Part shown: piece after piece, positions 57,947 through 64,000 of the stretch
Layout: every line of letters begins with the position of its first letter
How positions within the stretch are numbered: the first letter of the stretch is position 1
DNA from: Nitrososphaerota archaeon
Lineage (GTDB): Archaea; Thermoproteota; EX4484-205; JAAOZP01
Assembly (NCBI GenBank): GCA_011605725.1
Contig: JAAOZP010000017.1
Location: 160,001-224,000 of the forward strand
Reading direction: 5' to 3'
Length of the DNA stretch: 64,000 nt
The notes under the pieces: generated by a model
Told to the model about the DNA's origin: nothing
Database searches by the model: none
Seen by the model: the letters and a program-made list of their open reading frames with translations, nothing else
Position numbers and translations under genes: made by a program

Positions 57947-60900
57947 TCACGGCTCCCGATAAACTGGTGCGACACTAGTTATTGACGGTGCAAACTTGTT
58001 CAGAAACATCCTGTAATACATCAAGCATTCTTCAACAGCACTTTTAACAGAACTGCTAACCGTGCGCTTGTAAATGTCTCCGCCGACGATCACTTTGAAT
58101 TCCTGGGAGAGAATGAGCGTGCTGCCCGAATATATCTCGATAACACCATTCCTAACTATGGGCCTACTGGCCACGTTAAGGCTTGCAACACCCTTAGTGT
58201 TGGCTGCAGCACTGGCCAAGATGTTTCCAGCTTCATCCTTGAGGCGGACAGTCCAACCGGGTGTGAGCCCAGTCACGTTCACAAACCTTGGGTCAGCATC
58301 TGCGGAAGCTATGAAGTCGTCGAAAAACGCTGAAAGATAATTTTTATCCCTAGTCTCATCGTATATGCTGAACCCAACCCGGCTAACCTGCAGCGTGTTA
58401 TTGGTCCCGCTTAAAGTGCTCACCTGCGTGCCCCCGCTGCTGTAAACAGTCAGCCTCATCGCACCCGTGTTAACGTTACGGCTTCCGAGGAATAAGAACC
58501 AAGTGTTATCGGTCAAGCCTCCTAAGTTTCCAGTCCGAGCTACATTGGTCCATCTAGGCGGCGAGCCGGCGTAGCACCATATCCCCAGCCGCCTGTTTCC
58601 TGTGTCACGGTAGAACTCCAGCGTGTAGAAACCATTATCGGAATTGATCATCGTCAAGCCGGCGTGTTGATTCCTGTCCGTAGTGCTGAACAGTTCTTTC
58701 GAAAACACGTATATCGTTGTTGCCTCGGGCGGCGTATTGTTCGTGAAGTATGCGACGTGCGCGCCGCCCCAGCTTCCAGAAGGCGCGTTGGCGGAAACCT
58801 GTATGTAGCCGGAGGGGTTCCAGCTCCAGTTTCCCGTGTTTGTGGCGAGCCTCCCGGAGGAGAACGGGTCTGTGGAGAAGTCGTCGTAGATGAAAGCACT
58901 CCTCTTTGCTAGCACAAGCTCCCCTCCCACGGTGCCCTGCGGGTTTTCAACCGTGCGGAAGGGTAATGCATTCCGGTCAGTGCCGTTATACCATAGGCTG
59001 GCGTTGATAAACGGGGTAGCCGCTATCCCGCCCTCCGTTAGGAAACCAGCCACTTTAAACTGTATTTTGTTCGCAGGATCAGTGTCGTATGGCGTGGTAG
59101 ATGCCCTACTCCAGAAAATAGCGTCATACTCCATCACCCGCCTCTGGTAGTCAGCTGTTGTCCAGACCCACAGCTGGTCCCTTCTCACTCCCCCTATGAA
59201 GTAGCTCCGGAGCTCGTCGATGAAGTCTTCAGAGGCAAAGATCGCCATGCCCGCGTACTCGTTGTAAAGCACAGTCCAGTTACCGTATGCTTGCGCAGAC
59301 GGAATGTTAGCCGGGCTGTTGTTCCTATCCCTATGCATTATGTTCCTAACGTTGGAGTAGGTTCCGTTAACTATACTCGGGTTCTTGACGGAGGTTGCGA
59401 AAGACCCCCATTTGACTCTCAGCGGGCTTCCAGCATCTGTTTCAGTCCCGCCTATCATACCCATCAGAGACAAGTAGGGGTAATCCATGCGGACGCTTCT
59501 AAGCCACGTCGCGTTTGCAACGTAAAGGAAGTATGAAACGTTGTATGGAATGTAGAGGATGGTTTCGTAGTGCATCTCGTCGTAGCTGACAGGCCCCTCC
59601 GGAGGCCTCTCCTGAGTCCTGTTAGACTTTCTGAAAGCAACCAGTCTAACCGGGGCCTCGGCAACAAGGACGCCACCCTTATCCTGCGGCCTTGGAAGTA
59701 TCATCCAGTCGTCAGCCGGAATCTTCCTCGGGAACCACCATCCCCCGCTGGGCATCCGGTAAACATCGTAGCCAAGCAGGACGTACTCCACATGAGTCCC
59801 GCTCCTAGGGTCTTGGATGCTTATCGACCAGTCTACCCAGTAGCTCGTAGGGCTTGCCAGGAGAGTCAACACGTATTTACCGTTGTCCACTGTGGCGAAA
59901 GCCCCGCTCAACGTCATGTGTAGACGGTACTCCGGCTCCCTGACGTCAGCGTCCTCAAGCCAGGTCAATAAAACCTTTTGAAGGCTGCATCCCGGCGGAT
60001 AGTTCAGCTCGAAAACCAGCTTAGACCCGTTCATAATCCTCTTCCTCCACTCTAGGAACTTGTCGCTGTTCGGCCAGAGATACCTGTCGTCCCAGACCTC
60101 GGTCTGGTAAGGCACCTCGTAGAAAGCAGGGTCGCTAGGCCAGTTTCTAGTCGCCATCACCCTGACCTGCTTAACGGGGGGAAGGGGGATCGGAGGATTG
60201 TTCTCAGGCGATGAAAGCCTAGTGTTATACCAGTACATCGTCCCGTTGGGCAGGAGTTCAAACACGTATGTCTCCTTAACTTTAGACGGGTCTCCAGTGT
60301 AGAACGGCTCAACAGCGTTCGCCTGTATAGCGTACTCTATCCCGGCGTAGGTGTAGGACTCGACGATTATCCCCCTGTTGTCCTGAACCCTGACCAGGAT
60401 GAACTGGTAGTAGCCGGGTTGATGCGGCTGGTTGCCCTGCTGACCCTCCCATCTCCAGAAGAGCCTCACGCTGGTGTTGCTGGGATCGTAGAATCGGGGT
60501 GTGATGCTGATAGTGTAGTTGCCGCCACCGTTGTAAGTCAGCGTCATCTCGTTTACGGAAACCCTTCTCCAGCAGTACACGCCAGGTGGTACAGTTGGGT
60601 CGAACAAGTATATTTCGAAGTTCCCAGCCCTCAGGTCGCTAACGGGGATACTGTTCTCCCTGAGAACGATCACGTTCAACTCTAGGATCCCATCCTTCTC
60701 CCTGGGGATTACTGAGGTTATCGTGAGGTTTAGCAGAAGGATGTGTGCGGCCCTCCACCCGACTACTCCCCGGTAGGTAGCGTCTACGCTTATCTCAGCA
60801 CCTATGGCTGAAATACTGTTAGGCCTGTACCAGAAAAGCTTGAAAAGCCTGTCCTCCAGCCTTCTCTCAGGATAGTTGAAAACATAGTTTCTCGGCTTAT

Positions 60901-61306
60901 CCGGCTCCCCATCCCGAGTAAGATTGTAGATCGTAAGCGTCATGCCCCTAGCACTCTGCACCGGCTCATCTATCAGCCTTGTCTCAATATGCAGGCCTTT
61001 ACCCGCGTAGGCAGCCTGCGTCGAGATAAGCCAGTATGAGAAAGTCAGGTTAGCAATCCTCCTTGGAACATCCATTTCAGCAGTAAGATTGTATTTCGCG
61101 GTCGCGTTAGCAAGAATCCTTGTAAGCACCCTTCTGAAATCAGAGTCTATGTTCATAACTATCTCCCTGCTCGGATTATAGTCGAAGAACAGGTGCTGGA
61201 TTGAGGTTGAGTATATTATTGTCGAGACTAGGAGGATAATCGTTATGAGAGTGATGCTCATCACAAGCATTATCTGGCCCCTGTCCCAGTCTAAGCGCTT
61301 AATCAT
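57947..61306 (-). CDS. Large secreted pilin-like/adhesin protein with class III-type signal peptide and lectin-like beta-sandwich region
   Basis: DRGQ-IMLVMSITL hydrophobic N-terminus; N/T/W-rich body; YDDF...FFDDF-bounded domain. Confidence 0.65.
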   Translation of the reverse strand: MIKRLDWDRGQIMLVMSITLITIILLVSTIIYSTSIQHLFFDYNPSREIVMNIDSDFRRVLTRILANATAKYNLTAEMDVPRRIANLTFSYWLISTQAAYAGKGLHIETRLIDEPVQSARGMTLTIYNLTRDGEPDKPRNYVFNYPERRLEDRLFKLFWYRPNSISAIGAEISVDATYRGVVGWRAAHILLLNLTITSVIPREKDGILELNVIVLRENSIPVSDLRAGNFEIYLFDPTVPPGVYCWRRVSVNEMTLTYNGGGNYTISITPRFYDPSNTSVRLFWRWEGQQGNQPHQPGYYQFILVRVQDNRGIIVESYTYAGIEYAIQANAVEPFYTGDPSKVKETYVFELLPNGTMYWYNTRLSSPENNPPIPLPPVKQVRVMATRNWPSDPAFYEVPYQTEVWDDRYLWPNSDKFLEWRKRIMNGSKLVFELNYPPGCSLQKVLLTWLEDADVREPEYRLHMTLSGAFATVDNGKYVLTLLASPTSYWVDWSISIQDPRSGTHVEYVLLGYDVYRMPSGGWWFPRKIPADDWMILPRPQDKGGVLVAEAPVRLVAFRKSNRTQERPPEGPVSYDEMHYETILYIPYNVSYFLYVANATWLRSVRMDYPYLSLMGMIGGTETDAGSPLRVKWGSFATSVKNPSIVNGTYSNVRNIMHRDRNNSPANIPSAQAYGNWTVLYNEYAGMAIFASEDFIDELRSYFIGGVRRDQLWVWTTADYQRRVMEYDAIFWSRASTTPYDTDPANKIQFKVAGFLTEGGIAATPFINASLWYNGTDRNALPFRTVENPQGTVGGELVLAKRSAFIYDDFSTDPFSSGRLATNTGNWSWNPSGYIQVSANAPSGSWGGAHVAYFTNNTPPEATTIYVFSKELFSTTDRNQHAGLTMINSDNGFYTLEFYRDTGNRRLGIWCYAGSPPRWTNVARTGNLGGLTDNTWFLFLGSRNVNTGAMRLTVYSSGGTQVSTLSGTNNTLQVSRVGFSIYDETRDKNYLSAFFDDFIASADADPRFVNVTGLTPGWTVRLKDEAGNILASAAANTKGVASLNVASRPIVRNGVIEIYSGSTLILSQEFKVIVGGDIYKRTVSSSVKSAVEECLMYYRMFLNKFAPSITSVAPVYREP

Positions 61307-61308
61307 AC

Positions 61309-61776
61309 TCACCACCTCCTGGCGAGCTCCAGGCGAATCTTCAAAACCCATCTCCTCCTAGTTGTGTAAGTTATTTCAGCTCCGGCAGCCTCCTTCGAAA
61401 GCCTGAAGTCCTCGGGCGAAGCGTTGGAAACACTGCCCAGCGACTCCTCTTCAACAATATCTCCCTTCTTACTCATGTTGCAGACAGTCATGTTGTAGAG
61501 AGTGTTTGCGGGAAGGAGGGCGTTCAGCATGTTCTTCATCAAGCCCTCCCAGCCGGGCCTTACCCATGTTGAGTTGAAGACAACCTCGTCGAAAACCTCC
61601 TTGTCGGCGAGGCTCATGAGGAAGTCGTAACAGTATTTTTCAAGCTCATCCCTAGCCTTAGCACTATACGGGTCCGGTGTCCTCGTCAGGTTTATCATGC
61701 TCCACATCGCCACCGCTATTATCCCGCTTGCCAGAAGCGCTTCAACGATTCTCATCTGACCCCTGCTGTCCATCAT
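61309..61776 (-). CDS. Pilin-like protein with class III signal peptide
   Basis: SRGQMRIVEALLA + hydrophobic helix. Confidence 0.7.
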   Translation of the reverse strand: MMDSRGQMRIVEALLASGIIAVAMWSMINLTRTPDPYSAKARDELEKYCYDFLMSLADKEVFDEVVFNSTWVRPGWEGLMKNMLNALLPANTLYNMTVCNMSKKGDIVEEESLGSVSNASPEDFRLSKEAAGAEITYTTRRRWVLKIRLELARRW

Positions 61777-62963
61777 TCAGCCCACCTCCAAACCCTTATT
61801 TCGAAAACATAGTGGAAGGAGCCTATTTTAACCATCCTTTTCAAGACGCTAGTCTTAATGTTTCCCGAGGCCATTCCAGTCTGGCATATCGTTACGGATG
61901 GCGGCCTGTAGAAGGTGGCTACGTAGTATTTACCCCTATACTTGACAGGCATTATCATGAAGGCAACGTCCTCGTCAATCGTGCTCGTAATCCTGTAGAC
62001 ACGGTAGTTCTTAGAGCCCTTGTTTATAACCAGGCCGCTCTCACCGTTAGTCTCGTTTCTGAAAGTGCTTAGGTAAACGTAGTACGGCGGGTTGGCTAGG
62101 GCAGTCTGGTTCCTCAAGTGTCTGGCAGCCGGTATCTCCAGAGAACCCTCTATGCTTAAAATAAGGTAGTCGTCAACCGTTGTCCCGTTCAGAATATCCG
62201 TCTCGCCGAGCATGGATGAGTTAACAGCCCTAATCCCGAAGTAGTCCGCGTAAACTATGAGGGCTGAAAAACTCTTCTGAATATTCTTAACCCCTGTTTC
62301 AGCATCTCTTAAAAGGTCTGTGAAATCCAAGCTGGCTCTACCATCGATTCTCACAGGACTCGTCTTGAAAACGTAGTCGACGTAGCACACATCCTGACCC
62401 TGATCCCTATCAATAATCATGAAGACGTATACCCCGGTTAAGTTAGCGCTTACCGCCGGCCTCCCCTCGTAAGTCTTAACCGTAACCTCAACCATGCTGG
62501 GGACCTGAACACCACCTTTAAAATTATAGTAGCCCACGACGCTCGCCGTCAGGTTTAAAGCAGGAGTAATCCTTATGCTGAAGCCATACTTGTTTTCAAG
62601 CCCCAGCAGCCTGGCTACGGTCCAGGCATCTATCTGAACAGTCTCCGGAAGCTGGCCCCCACCAATGTTTATCATCCTGAGAACCTTATCCATGTCAAGC
62701 ACATATGGCTCGCCCCCTGCCTTCTGAAGCCCGAATGAGAGAAGCTGACTGCTATCTTGAATTTTAAGAATATCCCCCCAGTCCTCAGGAATACCGGTGC
62801 TTAGAAGAACCTTATCCATAATGGCTTGAGCAACCTCCTCCAGCTGGTGCTCCCTCGCAGTCGTGAAGGAGAGATAGGCTGTTGGAATAATGTACCCCAT
62901 GAAGGTTACGAGTATGAGTAGGAGGATGAAGAATGCGAACATGTTGTCGATGGTGACGTGCAT
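61773..62963 (-). CDS. Pilin-cluster protein with N-terminal TM
   Basis: TIDNMFAFFILLL, LLSTG.PEDWG, FGL motifs; coupled to pilin-like genes. Confidence 0.65.
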   Translation of the reverse strand: MHVTIDNMFAFFILLLILVTFMGYIIPTAYLSFTTAREHQLEEVAQAIMDKVLLSTGIPEDWGDILKIQDSSQLLSFGLQKAGGEPYVLDMDKVLRMINIGGGQLPETVQIDAWTVARLLGLENKYGFSIRITPALNLTASVVGYYNFKGGVQVPSMVEVTVKTYEGRPAVSANLTGVYVFMIIDRDQGQDVCYVDYVFKTSPVRIDGRASLDFTDLLRDAETGVKNIQKSFSALIVYADYFGIRAVNSSMLGETDILNGTTVDDYLILSIEGSLEIPAARHLRNQTALANPPYYVYLSTFRNETNGESGLVINKGSKNYRVYRITSTIDEDVAFMIMPVKYRGKYYVATFYRPPSVTICQTGMASGNIKTSVLKRMVKIGSFHYVFEIRVWRWAE

Positions 62964-62966
62964 CAG

Positions 62967-63500
62967 TCAACCACCCCCCTTGTTCACGAGCCTTCCAAGC
63001 CCAACCACTATGGCTCCGTCAACCCTCCTAGCCCACACCACGGGGTCGCTAACACCGGAGTGGAGAACACCCGTATAGTTTACAAGGTGGGAGCCGACTT
63101 GAAAAACACCGTCCCCGGTTTCAACAGTCACGTCGACACCCGGGTCCTTCCAAAGCGGTGAGGAAACGTTTATCGCCCTGTTCTCCTCCAGGTAGGCGAC
63201 TAGAAACCAAACCCCGTCAACCTGTTTAAACTCCATCGCGTATCCGTGTCCAGACAGCGAAACCGGGAGGCTGATTGGCTTGTAAAGATCAACGTTGCTC
63301 CTGGCCCTTTGACACATCACGTATAGCCCAGCAACCTCGTAAGCAACCTGATTAGCAACCTCGCCAAGCCTCACTCTAAGGGAGTCGATGGAAACCCAGC
63401 GGTACACCATTGAAAACATTAGTAGAAATATGAAGAGAACAGCGTATAGGGCTGTTGTCAGAATTACTGTTTCAAAAGGTGTTGAAGGCATTCTTCTCAC
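62967..63500 (-). CDS. Pilin-cluster protein with N-terminal TM
   Basis: FETVILTTALYAVLFIFL, L.EVANQVA, LPVSL.G.GY. Confidence 0.65.
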   Translation of the reverse strand: MRRMPSTPFETVILTTALYAVLFIFLLMFSMVYRWVSIDSLRVRLGEVANQVAYEVAGLYVMCQRARSNVDLYKPISLPVSLSGHGYAMEFKQVDGVWFLVAYLEENRAINVSSPLWKDPGVDVTVETGDGVFQVGSHLVNYTGVLHSGVSDPVVWARRVDGAIVVGLGRLVNKGGG

Positions 63501-64000
63501 CTGATGGATATCTCGACCTCAACAATGTTCAGAAAGACCAGTGTCCCGTTACCACCCTGGTCTGTAGAATACTCGTTGAAGTATGCTCCTCTTTCAACAG
63601 TTATCGTGATGCGCGTTGAATCGATAAGCTGTATAACCCTGCTCGTCACGTTCACAACCCTTGCGGAAACATCGTAAACATTGCTCCCGCTGAAAGTCCC
63701 CGGGACAATCCTGACATAGGTTATTTCAACCACGTTAAGAGGATCCCAGTTAACCCCGTCCCTCGTAGCGTTGACGATGCCTGACGGAACAACCCTAACC
63801 CGGCCGAAATCCATTATGACCCAGGCTCCCTGCTCACGCTTCAAGTACACCCATCCCAGGGGAGCAGGGTTCTCCGGGCTGACTATCAGGCATTCCGCCG
63901 GCATAAGGGTTTGAACACCCTTTAAAACCTGGAAGTCGAGCGAAGAAACTCCTCCACCACCCCTGAACCTTACGAGGGTAACGTTGTCCTCGAAAACGGT
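63497..64000 (-). CDS. Pilin-cluster protein, 3' part (5' end beyond window)
   Basis: Frame open from 63497 to the window edge; beta-rich, 4-nt overlap with next gene. Confidence 0.65.
   Translation of the reverse strand, partial: TVFEDNVTLVRFRGGGGVSSLDFQVLKGVQTLMPAECLIVSPENPAPLGWVYLKREQGAWVIMDFGRVRVVPSGIVNATRDGVNWDPLNVVEITYVRIVPGTFSGSNVYDVSARVVNVTSRVIQLIDSTRITITVERGAYFNEYSTDQGGNGTLVFLNIVEVEISIR

Noticed and set aside
1003-63161. Numerous 60-180 aa antisense or alternate-frame ORFs in the track
   Set aside because: Shadows of well-supported genes, Ser/Pro/Leu-rich with no family motifs.

Overview
Archaeal chromosomal region. TACK-like gene content (single-OB SSB, isopentenyl phosphate kinase/GGPP synthase, Clp1-like kinase, class III signal-peptide cluster); lineage not determinable from sequence alone. 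It is gene-dense, and I saw no rRNA, tRNA or CRISPR. Main blocks: Hsp20/DUF131 genes; an Opp/Dpp ABC importer; a hydrogenase island with a bacterial-type pentameric hoxEFUYH (group 3d) operon back-to-back with an archaeal group 3b sulfhydrogenase operon plus one maturation protease; sugar and central metabolism (GHMP kinase + epimerase, PPi-type PFK, PGK, Acs + OFA transporter, GlyA, sugar isomerase + FGGY kinase); an MNT-HEPN toxin-antitoxin pair; thiI, AlaX-like, SSB, three stand-alone Lrp domains; and a pilin-like cluster running off the right edge. Top finding: an apparently frameshifted Fe-S protein gene (39303-40546, minus) whose break sits exactly in a bulge-helix-bulge structure. Excising a 20-nt intron (39995-40014) at the canonical endonuclease cut positions restores one 407-aa ORF, i.e. 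a candidate tRNA-type mRNA intron in a non-cbf5 gene, directly downstream of a catalytically dead SufS-like gene. Also notable: a recurring intergenic TAGCGCGC motif at edges of accessory DNA, once as an inverted pair bracketing a diverged copy of a neighbouring gene's promoter and 5' end.
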